Assembly (NCBI GenBank): GCA_033442325.1
Contig: JAWQFM010000017.1
Coordinates: forward strand, 919,125 to 983,124
Direction of reading: 5' to 3'
Origin: Salpingoeca rosetta
Lineage: Eukaryota; Protista; Choanoflagellata
DNA: 64,000 nucleotides
Part shown: piece after piece, positions 35,772-54,445 of the stretch
How the letters are laid out: each line of letters starts with the position of its first letter
How positions within the stretch are numbered: the first letter of the stretch is position 1
Position numbers and translations under genes: made by a program
The notes under the pieces: generated by a model
Seen by the model: the letters and a program-made list of their open reading frames with translations, nothing else
What the model was told of the DNA's origin: nothing
Databases searched by the model: none

Positions 35772-36350
35772 CGCTATCTTCTTCGTGCTTCTTGTGCTTG
35801 CAAGGCTGAAAGGAGCGTGATTTGAGATTTGAGGCGACAGTGCATTTTTTCATTTTCATGCTTGCTTCGCACCGCTTGCTTGGTAGTTTGTTTGTTTTTT
35901 CCTTCGCTTGCTTCCCCTGCTTGGCTTGTGTGCTTGGCTTGCTTTCGCTTGCTTGTGTGTGTTTCGTTCATTCAGTGCCATCCCATCCAGCGCATACACA
36001 CGCAACGCCATGGTGCTGCGGGAACAAGATCTATCGGAGAAAGAAGACAGGCATCACACTTGAACACCCGAAATAAAACAGCAACACGCGTTCTCTGATG
36101 AATGAAAGACATCTACAGAAGCAGGAGCAGAAGAACAATTCGTGCATGCATGTCATGTAATGTAATGTGATGTACAGACAGAGTCAATTAAAAATCAAAT
36201 CAAAGCAGAACAGCAAGTATCACCCACTGTCACGCACTACCATCAACAACCACCCAGCACCCATGACCACCACCACCACCACCACCACCACCATCCACCC
36301 GGTGAACACTCCCGTCTTTCGTCTCCCTAACTCAAGCCCCTGCGGCGACA

Positions 36351-37699
36351 TCACGCCTTTGAGTCCTTGCAGTCGACGCGATCCCATTCCCAGATGGCGC
36401 CCTGGTCCAGGAACTCATCATCGATGATGGCAACAGAGACGGCGCGCACGACGCCCGTCTGCTCTCCGTCCACCTCCACCACCGCGCCCTCCCCCTGCGC
36501 CTTCTTGTCGCCGTCCTTGTCCTTGTTGTCGTCGACGGCATTGCGGTTGCGCGAGACCCGCCACATCACCACCAGCACAATCAGCCCGCACACCATGAGG
36601 AACCCGGCAGCGCAGGCGATGATGATGAACGCGTCAGACTCAATGAACGTCGCGCTGCCGCCGGCCGTCAGGCCAGGCCGCGTGGTTGTTGCGGGCGCCG
36701 CCGTCGCCTCCGCTGTTGAAGTTCTTCCTGCCGTGGACGCACCACCACCCGTGCTCTGCGATGCTGCTGTGGTAGTGGTGGTGGTGAGGAGACCGCACAC
36801 GTCGACCTCGGTGGGCTGCAGCAGAAGGCCGTCCACAAGCACGTGGTTGCCGAGGAAGTTGTCTGTCTCAACGTGGGTGTTGGTGGTGGTGACGGCGACG
36901 ACGATGTGGGTGGAGACGTTGGTGAAGGTGCCCAGGTACGTGCCGCCCAGGTCTGGGTGCGACTGTGTGCGCTGGTCAACCTTGCGGTCCACGCCGACGG
37001 CGACGTCGTTGGCCTGGAAGCTGGTGATGCCGACGGGCACGGCGCTGGCAGCAACGTCGCTCGCCGGGTGCAGCAGGAAGACCTTGTAGGTGCCCGGCAG
37101 CGGCACGCGCATGGTAAAGGTGACGCTCTTCTCGCCCTTGTCCTGGTCCCTGTCGTCGAGGAAATAGCCGCCCAGATACGCAGAGGACGAGGTCACCTGC
37201 AGCGACGCACCATCATCCTCCACGTGCTGCCAGTCGCCCGCAATGCGCACGGAGGCGGTTGTTGGCGCGGCGTCAATGTACCAGTTCTCGTGCTGGCTGT
37301 CCAGCGCCGTGTCGCACGCGCTCAAATTGCCCTGCGGACACGTCCGGAAGCACGTGTAGTTGCCTGTCAAGTCGTGGTGTGCGTGTGTGCGTGCGTGCGT
37401 GAATGTGTGTGAATGTGTGTCTGTGTGAGTGACTTGCTTGATATGCGACACAGTGTCGCCTCACTACCTCACGTTTCACCACGGCATCATATTTCAGCAC
37501 ACCATGGCAGAAGCAGAGCCAATCACACGACGACGACGCACGACGACGCACGACAATGCACTCAAACACATGTTCTGAACATGCACACCGAATGCTGTGC
37601 GTTTGACTTACGAGCAGCGACGGAAGGAGCTATCAGCAATGCAATCAACACACTGGCGACAACGGCGGTGGTCGTGGTGAACAACCATACGCTTCGCAT
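36351..37699 (-). CDS. Type I membrane protein with Golvesin-C / xanthan-lyase CBM-like ectodomain, Thr-rich stalk, TM and short tail; one intron
   Basis: Exon 1 (37699-~37612) encodes the signal peptide MRSVWLFTTTTAVVASVLIALLIAPSVAA, then gtaagt...acag splices in phase to RNYTCFRTC. The ectodomain reads GYFLDDRDQDKGEKSVTFTMRVPLPGTYKVFLLHPAS...AVPVGI...VDQR...YLGTF...HVLVDGLLL. TM is AFIIIACAAGFLMVCGLIVLVVMW. Confidence 0.8.
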
Positions 37700-39164
37700 G
37701 TTTGTTTTGTGTTCTGTTGGTGCTGTCTGTTGTGGTTGCTTCAGCTGGCTTGCAGCTCTTGATGTGTCTGTCCGTCACACGTGCGCGTCTGTGAATGTGG
37801 CAAGCAAACGGGCTGGCTGGTGTGGACGTCAATGCCAATGCTGATGTCGATGAATGAATGGATGGATGGGTGGATGAATTGGTGGGTGGACGTTGATCGA
37901 TGGGATGTGGTGTGATGATGAATGGATGGTTTGGCGCGCTGGGTAACTGATGACTGTGTGTGTACGTGTTGAAAGAAAGGGGAAAAACCGTTGTCGGAGA
38001 TAGCTGTGTGGTGCTTTGTTGCATTGAAGGTTGGAGTGGTTGGATGAAATGAAGAAATGAAGAAGAAGGGGCAGCAGTGTGCAGATGTGTGCAGGGAGAG
38101 GTACAAGCAACCAGCAAGCGAGACAGAAAGAACAGTCAGCCAGCGAGACGGTTGGCTGGTTGGTGACGGATGAATGTCAGGAAAACGAGCACGTATTGGT
38201 GCTGGTTTCAAGTTGAAGCAACAATTGCTGTCAACCACACACACACACACATGCAAGCAAGAGGGATTGAGTGAGTGGGTGGGTGAGTGGGATGGGATGG
38301 TTCTCTCTGCTTTGTGGGCATTTGATGTGTGTTCGCGTGTGTGAATGTGTGGTGGCAACCACACGACCACCACCACAAGCAAGCAAGAAGCAAGCAGCAC
38401 TCATGTTGTTCGCTTTGCTTGTCTTGCTTGCAAGAAGGACTTGCTTTGCATTCAGGCATTCGCTCTTTCGCCACCAGGCAAACATTCCTTCTTGGCTGAC
38501 GAAACACACGAGAAAGCGAACAGTGGCGAATATTGGCGATGTTGGGTGGCGTTGTGATAGCGGAAAAATAACAGAAGATGACCATCGAAAATCGCACAGA
38601 CCAACGTGTGTGTGTGTTTGTGTGTTTGTGTGTTTGTGTGTGACGAGTGGCTGGTTGCTCAATCAGTGAGGCAAGTCGTCGTCGTCACGCTGCTTGGCGG
38701 CGATGGCGGCGGTGGCAAACAAGAAGCAGGGGAAGGAGAGAAGAACAGCAGAGAGAAAAGGAGAGAAGAAGGAAGCAATAGCAGGGAGGCAAGCATACCA
38801 CACAACACAACACAACCAGCAAGCAAACAAAACAACAACAAAAACAACAACAAACCCTGCATTCACCTCATCACCTCACAGTTATTCCACTCCTCCTCCT
38901 CCTCTTTCTTCATCTTCCTTCATCTTCCTTCATCTTCCTTCTGTCCTCTGTCACCCACGCGCTTGCTTGCTCGCTCGCACGGCGTGTCCTGCTGCCGATC
39001 CCTAATCCCAAAACCCCGATCCAACTCCCTCCACCACAATGCCACTGAAGACGCGCATCTTGCTTGTGCGCCACGGGGCCACTGCCACAAGACATGCCTC
39101 TTTGGCTCATCCAGACCGATGCTTCCTTGATCCACCCATTCATTCATTCACGCAAACACGCAAG

Positions 39165-42100
39165 TCACTTGCGAGGGGAGTATGTTGGTGGCTGTTGGTT
39201 GCGCAACACGAGCAGTGAGAGGATGGCGAGGATCCCATCAGGTGATGCGCCAACAGCCTGTGGCAAAATACAAAAAGTGCGAGTGTGGGCATGCCAGACA
39301 ATATGAGTGAGGAAAGTGAACATAATACAACGCTGCTCATGGCGAGCCCCTCGATCGCCTCCAGCCCACGACACAGCCCCACCTGCTGAAGAGAGGTGTG
39401 TCCAAGGGCGAATGCAACCCAGAGCACGACGACTGCGCTCAGGCGGGAGGCCACAGACAGCCACGCAAACCGCTGCATGCCATCAACTGCAGATAGAGGG
39501 AGACGGGGAGGTGAGGGCTTACATAACAAGGTGAGGCAAGAACAAAACAAAATCAACCTCACAACATGGCAAGTGGTTGGCAAAACCACGTGATGTGTTG
39601 GCAGCATGAAGTCAACGCATCAACTCCACCCCCCCCCCCACTCCGCTCGCCACCACAGCTCAGTCATCTCCGCTGTTCGCTGCACGCACCAAACGCGGAT
39701 GCGCTGTATGTCCAGGTCATCATGAACTCGGCCGCCCCCATCACGTGGCCCCATGCAACCGCAGCGTTGAAGCTGCAAACCGACAAAGAGGCGGAAACAC
39801 CGGTGGTGGCAGCAGGCGTGAGGAGAAAAGGCGGTGTGAGAGCGGCGGCACGAACGCAACTACACATGCATGCGCGAGTCGCGCGTGGGAAGCAAGCATG
39901 TGAGTGAATGACTCACTCATCCTTGTCTGCGCTTGCGTCCATGGCGATGACGTTTGGGAGGGCCAACAGCGGGCACACAGTCATGATCATCGCAAAGATG
40001 CCAGACGCTAGGCTGTGTGTGTGTGTGCACAGGTGCAAGTGATGCTGCAAGTGAGTTCACGAAAAAGCGTCCGAGACCGGGTTTCATTCATGCAACGTTG
40101 TGCTCCTTGCTATTCATGCACACATGGGCGCAGGCACGAATCAAGCGCATTGTGACATTACACACTCCCCGCAGTGCTGTCCACTTCTAAGCTGCGACCC
40201 CGCAACGTACGCATGGAACCCCTGTGTGAGGGTGAGGCCGTTGAAGAAGTAGGAAAGACGGACGTGGGGCCGCGAGAGCACGAGCGTAATCAGCCCAATC
40301 CACGTCTCCACAAACACAAACAGCCAAAACGGCGCCGGCAGCCGTCCAAGCAGCACCTGTCGAGCGGCACACAGGGTAGAAGGGGAAGGGGATTTAGGGG
40401 TACACAGCATAGGACGAGGATACAGGAGGGGGTAGAGGTGTACGTATGAGCGCAGTTGCTGTATCAAAGGAAGACAAAGCTTCCTCGCGTCCCGCCTTCC
40501 TTCACCACAGCCGTGCTTCAAGCTTCGCTCGGCTCCGCTTCGCAGTCATGAAGCTCTGTGCGTGTGTGTATGTGCGTGTGCGCGTGTGTATATGCATGTG
40601 CGCGTGTGTGTCTGCGCGTGTGTGTGTCTGTGTGCGTACCAGCACGGCAAAGAAGAACGCTGTCACGAGCTTGGGCGCCCATGTGACCTGGAAGTAAACC
40701 ATCGGCCACTTCAGCACAGCAGCGCACAGGCTGTAGCTTCCTGCGAAGAAGCCAACGTGCCAGTCAGTGACAGCAGGGAAAGCGTGTGAGACACAGTACA
40801 GCTACGAAGGAGCCGATAAAGAGGAGCGGTGTATGTGAAGAGAAGAGCCGTAATGCAATGCCGAGGGGAGACACAAGCCTCAGAAGAAGCTGATTCCAGC
40901 ACACACACATATCCACACAATCACAACACACAACAAGCAAACACACGCAACGTGCACAATCACTGCAGCAGGCGCCACGTAGCACGCACGCTCGATCGAT
41001 CGTGCCGCATGCATTCCACGACACCATCATGGTTCACGCACCGAGAACGGCGATGATGAGGCCGGCTGTCTGTGCAATGAATGCGCCGCTGCTGGGTAGC
41101 GCTGAGCACGGCACCCCAAAGTACTACCATACGTGTGGTGTTTGTTTGTTTGTTTGTTTGTTTGTTTGTTTGTTTGTTTGTGAGGGAAGTTGGAGCACGA
41201 GCGTGCACGGGGCACTCGGGCCATGAGTACGCATGTGCCAAGAAATGGCAATGCAGATGCGCTCAGTCCCCACCGCCACCTGACCGCCAGTAGCGAGCAC
41301 GGCACACACGTGTGAGAAGCGCTGCGGGTCAAGAAAGGCGAGCGTGCCCACGAGGGAGAGCAGGGCGCCGTAGAAGAAATGAAAGGCGTGCATTCGCTGC
41401 AGCTGTGGGCGGCGAGCATACTGCCATGTGCGGACATGTGCGGACAAGTGTATGTTGCGTAGTGGTTGTTAGTGCACACGATGAAGCCTTGTTGTGTGGG
41501 TCAAATGAAGATGAAAGGCTGCTGTCGTTTGCAGTCCCACACAGACACGCAATGCACACACACACACACACGCACACGCACACGCACAGTGTTCACATCC
41601 CACCTCGGTGTTGTATGGTGCGTCTGTCAGCGTGCGTGCCCACTCGCACGTGAGTTTCATGGCCGTGCTACGTGGGATGGGCGCTGTGTGCCAGAACACT
41701 TGCCGAGCTGAGAGCATGATGCGTACAGGTGGGTGTGCATGATTGGTTAGACGCACGAAAATGGCTCTACATTGAACACAATGTGCACCACGACGACCAC
41801 ACCGAGTAAATATGCATGGAGATTGAGATGCAGACGCAGAAACCAAACCACGGACACACACACGCGCGCGCGCACATACACACACGCACACACACATAAA
41901 CATACGATGACATGTGCGCACCCCTGGAAGCGTCGAAGTAGAGGTCGATTGCGACGGCGGCCATGATGTAACGTGTGAGATTTGGATGGACAGAGATGTG
42001 CGTGATGGCGTAGAAGACGCGGCAGAGGAACTAAAGAATTGGTTGCGCGTGGTGTGATGATGGCAATGAGGCAATCGTGTTCGCAACAGGTGTACGCGAT

Positions 42101-42390
42101 GCAGATGGGAGACAAACACGAAAGGTGAGCAGTGGAGGAAAGGTCGTTAAAGGTGAAGCAAACGCATGGCATGACGTGTCACGTCATGTCACGTCACTAT
42201 CAACACCAGCACCAACAGCGCCAACAGCAGTTGTAAGTCCAAACCACCACGCCATGCAACATCAGCAGGTCATTCACTCATCACCGCAACACATTTCTCT
42301 TCGCACTTCGTTGATTGTCGCGAGGAAGTACACAAGCGCAAACGGAACAGAAAGCGACGGTGGCTTCAGCCCCACGGTCTCCAGCATCGG

Positions 42391-42459
<69 letters not shown>

Positions 42460-42718
42460 CGTGCGTGCGTGTGTGTGTGCGTGCGTGTGTGTGTGTGTTT
42501 GCATGAGCGAAAGTGCGTGTGCGTGTGTTGCTGTTGTTGTGTGTTGTGTTTTGTGTAATCTCATGGGTGGTTGCCAAGGGAGGAAGACAAATGCCAGAGC
42601 GGCTGCTGTTGTACGCACCTGCATGTGCTCCCACATGGGTGCCTGGAAGTCGTTGATGAAGAACGGGCGCCCGCGAACTGTTCAAACATTGCGATGAACG
42701 AAATATGAACCGCGGGTG

Positions 42719-42784
<66 letters not shown>

Positions 42785-43050
42785 CGCACGCGCGCGCACA
42801 CATACACACACATACACATACACACACACACGTACCTTGGTTGCTGATGGCGCCGCCGCAGAGGGCGGTCATGCAGTCGATATGGGCGGTGACGCAGTTC
42901 TCCACGAAGATGTAGTCGTTGATGCCGCTGCCAAAGCGTGCAGGCACCTGCCCGCGTGCCACGCGGTGCGTGATCTCTGTGATCATCATATCACCTGGCC
43001 CGTAGATGTGCGCAGACCGCAGCGCACACGTGCGAAGGGCCTTTGCATGC

Positions 43051-43100
<50 letters not shown>

Positions 43101-43617
43101 TGAGCGTGGTGACATTGCAGCCATCAAATGACAAGTGCGACTTCATGCAAGAGACATACAGACACAGGCGCGCACCTGGCCGTCAGCGCGCAGCACGCGG
43201 CGCTCTGCTTCTCCTTTGGTCTCAATGTACGCGTTGAGGAAGCTACACAAGACAGGCGCGAGTGCGTGTTCAGTTAGTGGGCGTGAGCATTACAGTGAAC
43301 CACACGGACAAGCACAGCAATAGACGGGGGTGAGGTTGCGAGCAGTAGTTTAGAGGCACCCCACGTACGTTGTTGGGTATGGCAGGTCTTCGTTGCCGTT
43401 GCGAATGGGCTCTCCCGTCACACAGACGTCCATGGATCTGGAATGTGGTGGCGTGTCGTCGTGTGTGGACGCGGTCATGAGCTTTGAAGAGGAGATGGTG
43501 GGGAAGGGGGCGTTGGTGAAATGGGTTGCACGAACATGGCAGCAGAATAACCGCATGCAAGAGCAAACACAGTCACACACACAGTCGCACACACAGTCGC
43601 ACACACACACACACACA

Positions 43618-43662
<45 letters not shown>

Positions 43663-43955
43663 ACACACACACACACGTGTACACGTACGAGGTGTAAACG
43701 AGAGCAAGGACGGTGGGTGACGCCTGTGCAGCCTTGATGATGTTGGTGGTGCCGTCAACGTTGATCTCCGCCACCATATCCGTGGGTGCAGGAGACATGT
43801 CCACGATGGATGCCGTGTGAAACACCACATCGCAGCCTGTCACGGCATGGTGGAAAGAGGATAGACAAGGGAGAGGCAAGGAACGCATGGAGCAGCATTC
43901 CTTCAGCGTGGCGCGTTCACAGGCACACACACACACACACACACGCGCGCGCGCA

Positions 43956-44025
<70 letters not shown>

Positions 44026-44224
44026 CGCGACCTTGAAACGCGGCTGCGACGTCGTCATACTTGCGGATGTCCGTCTTGACGTACGTGACGGCCGGGTCGG
44101 CATCCGCGGGTGGCGCAGCAATGTCCGCAACGACCACGCCATGGCCCTGCGCCACCAGCCGTGCCACCAACCGCTGGCCAAGGTAGCCACACCCTCCCAC
44201 AACACACGCTCGCCACTGCTTCAT
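39165..44224 (-). CDS. 3-beta-hydroxysteroid dehydrogenase/NSDHL-like extended SDR with C-terminal ~8-TM (2x4-TM) extension; multi-exon
   Basis: GGCGYLG (NAD binding), [32 protein letters not shown] (YxxxK), [20 protein letters not shown] and GRPFFIND. After ...TDAPYNTE the frame continues through phase-compatible GT-AG introns into eight hydrophobic exons ending ...PPTYSPRK* at 39165. Confidence 0.8.
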
Positions 44225-44486
44225 CGCTGTTGTTGGTTCACTGGCTGGCTTGTTGCTTGCTTGCTTTGGTGTTTGTTGTTTGGATTTCGAGATGACGCGC
44301 GGATGACGAAACGTTTTGCTCACTGTCCTCCCTCCCCTCCTCCACGCGTTCTTCCATCCTCCTCTTCAACAGACATGCAGATAAGGCATATGTAATGTAA
44401 TAACGTTAACAGCGATGTTGTAACACACGTCCCAAGAGCACATGCACAGCTGACACCCAACAACTCACACCACCGGCTCAGTCATG

Positions 44487-44705
44487 TCACCGCCTCCTTC
44501 CATCACCATCACCATCACCATCACCATCAAAGCCATCGCCGCCCTCCTGCTGCATCAGCAGCATGTGTTCTCTGGCCACCCTGTCCTTGGTTGCCCTGAG
44601 CCACCACCGGAGCGGGCGTGTCTCGTGGAACGCCGGCACGGGCCGTAGCGCCTCGCAGCAGTTGCAGTACCGCTCCTGCTCGCCACGCGCAGCCTGTGTG
44701 ATGTG

Positions 44706-44747
<42 letters not shown>

Positions 44748-45068
44748 TTTGTGTGTGTGTGATTTGTGTGTGTGTTGTTAGAATTGGAAGTAATGTCAAG
44801 ACTGTGTCGCAAGCATACGAGAACGCACATGAAAACACGAATGCACCGCGCAAGACACGACACCACCCACGATCAACCATCGTCAACCTCTCCTCTGCTC
44901 TCGTGCTCTCACGCTCACCTCCATCCAGGGCCCGTCGAGGCGAAAGTGGTCCAGGCGCTCCGTGTGTGTCGGGTGCGTTGCCCACAGCCTGCAGATGACG
45001 GTGGTGGTGATAGCGATGGTGGTAATAGTGCGGTGTTGAGGTCGCAGCGAAAGAAGAGTCACAAGGAA

Positions 45069-45123
<55 letters not shown>

Positions 45124-46109
45124 CACGCACACACACACACACACACAACATCATACACTCACAAACATGAACATGAACATGTTGTCATGCGCACCTCTCT
45201 GCGAATGTCTCTGGCTCGATGGAGTCTTCGAGAAATGCGTTTGCCGACGATGTGAGGACAGATGACACCACTGCCCGCACATTTCCCACCAGTCCATCAC
45301 TGCTCTGGGCGCCACCGCTACTTCTGCTGCTGCTGCCGCTGACTCTGCCGTGCTGATCGTAGTAGTGGCCCCGCTGCTGCTGTTGCTGTTGCTGCGCGTT
45401 GTCTGACTCGCGTGCTTGCTCTGAGTGCCTTGCACTGTGCTCGCTACCTGTGTTCCACCGCTGCTGTACCTCCTGAGCATCACCATCATCACCATCACCA
45501 CCACCATGCCTTGCGCCACTGCCCCGCGCATATCTCCTGCTGCTGCTGCTGCGTGTGGATGTGTCCATGAGCCGCTGTGCCGCCTGCATTTCGGTCCGGT
45601 GCTCTTGCGTCTCCTCAAACTCGCGCTGCCTCTCTTCGAGGTGTCGCAGTTTGCTTGCATGCAACTTCTCCCACGCCTGCGGTGTGGTGGCGGAGCCAGT
45701 GAGGGGGAGGGTGTGTGAGTATTGTTTGTGTTGTGAGTGTGCACGTGTGCTTGCGGGTTGCGTGTCAGATGATGAGCAATGCATGCCAGCGTGTTCCTGA
45801 GGGCACAGAAACACAGATAGTGAGTGTGCAGCTGCGACGCGACGCTGCAATATCATCACTGCACACGCACACACACACACAACTACCTTTGGTGCTGCGT
45901 TGAGGTTGAAGCAGGCGCGTGCGAGGAGAATGAGGCCAATGTGGTCTGCCTCTCGCTCCACGCTGCGGGACTTTGGAAGCGTCAGCGCCATCGTCGACAC
46001 TTTGCTGCTCGTGGGATGAGGGGCAGGGGGAGTGGAATTATGGTGGGAGTGAGGTGAGGCAACTAGCACGAACACCAGCACATGCGTATTCGAGTACGCA
46101 GTACGCGCG

Positions 46110-46148
<39 letters not shown>

Positions 46149-46656
46149 TGCTGTGTCGGATCCGTCGAGGTCAAAGATTGCCTGCAAGCACGCCTTGAGC
46201 CAGTCAATGCCTGTTCGCTCGCTGCTGTGCCGCGCCACGTAGTGGCCGAGCTCGTGCGAGAGAACAACGGCAACCTCGTCCACGGAATCAAGCACGCGCA
46301 GCAGGCCCGTGTAGAAGATCACTTTCCCACCTGAGGGTTGATGTGTATGTGTGTGTGCATGTGTGCATTTGATGTTGGACTGTGAGGTTGGGCAATTGCA
46401 ACAGAATACCTGTGGTAAGGTCGCTGCAAGCAAAGTGAGCAAGAAGGCATTCATTTTTCAACGTCCACACGTCCACACGCATGCACGCACCTGCTGATAC
46501 GAAAGCGTTTTCTTCGTCGTCGTCAATGACAAAGTATTCCATGGGCGGGAGGCCGTTTGCTTTGCAGAGCTGATCGCCAATGCTCTGAATGCGCTGATGC
46601 TCCTGTGGACGTGTGTGTATGTGTGTGTATGTGTATGTGTGTACGTATGTGTGTAC

Positions 46657-46715
<59 letters not shown>

Positions 46716-46823
46716 GTGTGTGTGTGTGCGGTCGTCGCAGTCGGTAGGGACGACGTGAGCGTTCGTACCCTTCAGCCTCCAAGCAATTCAAGTGGACATA
46801 CACACACATACACGCACAGATTG

Positions 46824-46890
<67 letters not shown>

Positions 46891-47940
46891 GCGCACCATT
46901 GACTCGACGGGGAGGGCGCGTGTGGTGAGGGCGTTGACTATGGTTTGGTCGTAGTCCTCATCCATCCGTCGCTCAAGAAACTCCGGGACCAGACGCACGC
47001 GATACCGGTCTGGTCACAACCATAGATATGGCGGAGTGTTGGCGCGGTGTCAGAAGGCACGTATCTGTGTGAGTGCGGGCGATGAAGATTGTGGATTCAT
47101 GAATCAGAGCATCCCCTCCCCCCCCCCCCCCCTCTCATCACCAACGCGGTCACGGCAACACAGTCACGGCGTGTTTGAATTGACGCGGTCAGGTTACCTG
47201 TGATTGGCACTTGCTCTGTGTTGAGGACAACGTAGATGCCTGCAGTGGCGAAGAACCACAGCCACGGCCGCCCCCTATTCGCCCGGAACGAGTAGTCCCG
47301 CCCTTGAAAGCCTGCTCATACACACACACGCACACATGAGAGTTACCGTTGCGTATCGTGAGGTCACGAACATCAACACCATGATCCACACTGTCACAGC
47401 AAGGAAGCAAAGCCATTCATCACTCGGTATCCTTTCACCTCCTCTCCCTTCTCCTGCATCCCTTGGTTTGAGACTCACGCTGCATCATGATCTTGTTGCA
47501 TGGGAAGACGTGGCAGTTTGCGCATTTCTCTGGGCTGGCATCTCGACCATAACACGGGCGCTGAACGCTGCCTGGCGTTGACCCTGAAGACGGCGGTGGC
47601 TTTGGACATTGCGCTGCTCCTCCTCCTCGCAGCTTAAGCGCAGCACTCGTGCCTGTAGGTGTGTGTGTGTGGGTGATTGTGTGAGAGAGCATACGGTTGT
47701 GTGCGTGTGTGTGTGTGTGTACGATTGTGGCTGGGATCCTGCTGCTCTGCCATGTTCCTCAGCCAACTCGCGGTAAAACCTTTCCTCAAGCTAGCTCCCC
47801 AGCTCTCCAACGATCCTTCCCATCCTCTTCCTTCGCTCCTTGCCCAGGGCCAGCTCACCTGGCCGCACGAAGGTTGTCATGTGCCTGATGACGCGACGAG
47901 CAATTGGCGTCGCCGCCAGCCTCGACAGCACACCCGGCAT
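44487..47940 (-). CDS. OMA1: OMA1-like M48 zinc metallopeptidase; multi-exon
   Basis: Mitochondrial-like leader MPGVLSRLAATPIARRVIRH, then EQVPITGR, ENAFVS.GGKVIFYTGLL, VAVVLSHELGHYVARH (HEXXH), SRSVEREADHIGL and THPTHTERL. Confidence 0.82.
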
Positions 47941-48277
47941 CACCGACGCTAGTTGCACTCTCCTTGCGTGCTTATGTATGTGTTACGCCCTTTGTGTGGT
48001 GTCCAGCGTGCTCTGCGTGTGTGTTGGAAATGCTCTCCCCTGCCTCTCGCTCCCACAGCAACAGAAGAACGAACGTGAGTGTGCTTGGCTGTGACCGCGA
48101 TGGCTGATCGTCTTGCGTCCTCGAATCTTTGAGCGCTTGCATTTCATCAGCAAACCCAAACTGCCGAAATTTATTTGAAGATGCCAATAAATCGTCACAA
48201 CTTCGATCTGGTCCTGTCGTTCAGATGGCGTTGTCACGTGTGTGTGTGTGTGTGTATGTGTATGTGTGTGTGTGCGT

Positions 48278-48328
<51 letters not shown>

Positions 48329-48353
48329 TGTGTCTGTGATTCCTGCTGCACTG

Positions 48354-50623
<2,270 letters not shown>

Positions 50624-50673
50624 TGTTGAAGAGAAGAGAAGCGAAGCGAAGAAGAAAAAGGAGGACAACGAAG

Positions 50674-53985
<3,312 letters not shown>

Positions 53986-54445
53986 AAGCGTTGCACAAGC
54001 GCCTGCCTACTTACTCCCTAGTCCACCTCCCCCCTGTTTGCCTCTTGCCTCGTTGTTGTACACACCCAATACATAATCGTAGCTTGCCACCCTGACACCC
54101 CGCCTTCAAATCACCCTGACCGTCTCCAACCCAGCACCAGCTAGCACCAACAAAGAAAAGCCAACACCACCACCCAACACCTCGTGCCATCCTTCACCAC
54201 GCAACTGGCTCTCTCTCATAACCGTCAACGTTTTGTCTTCTTCTCTTCTTCTTCTTCTTCTGTGGTGCGTGTGAGGATCGTGGTGAGTGACACATGACAG
54301 GAGTTGTGGTGGTTCGGAACGTGGTGGCATGATCGCAGCCGCACTTGCGAGCGAGAGCACAGCGTGCGTGCGCCCCTTGTTGCCCCTTTGTCTTGTTGAG
54401 TGCTTCCGCCTTGTTGTAGTACTGACACGAGAACAAACAACGGCA

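Noticed and set aside
37700-39160. 1.4-kb gene-free stretch as a possible ncRNA or hidden gene
   Set aside because: Low-complexity sequence with no convincing exon chain or structured RNA; probably UTR or regulatory DNA.
39165-41420. A separate multipass membrane gene
   Set aside because: No clear start of its own, and the exons splice in phase to the upstream SDR, so it is treated as a fusion.
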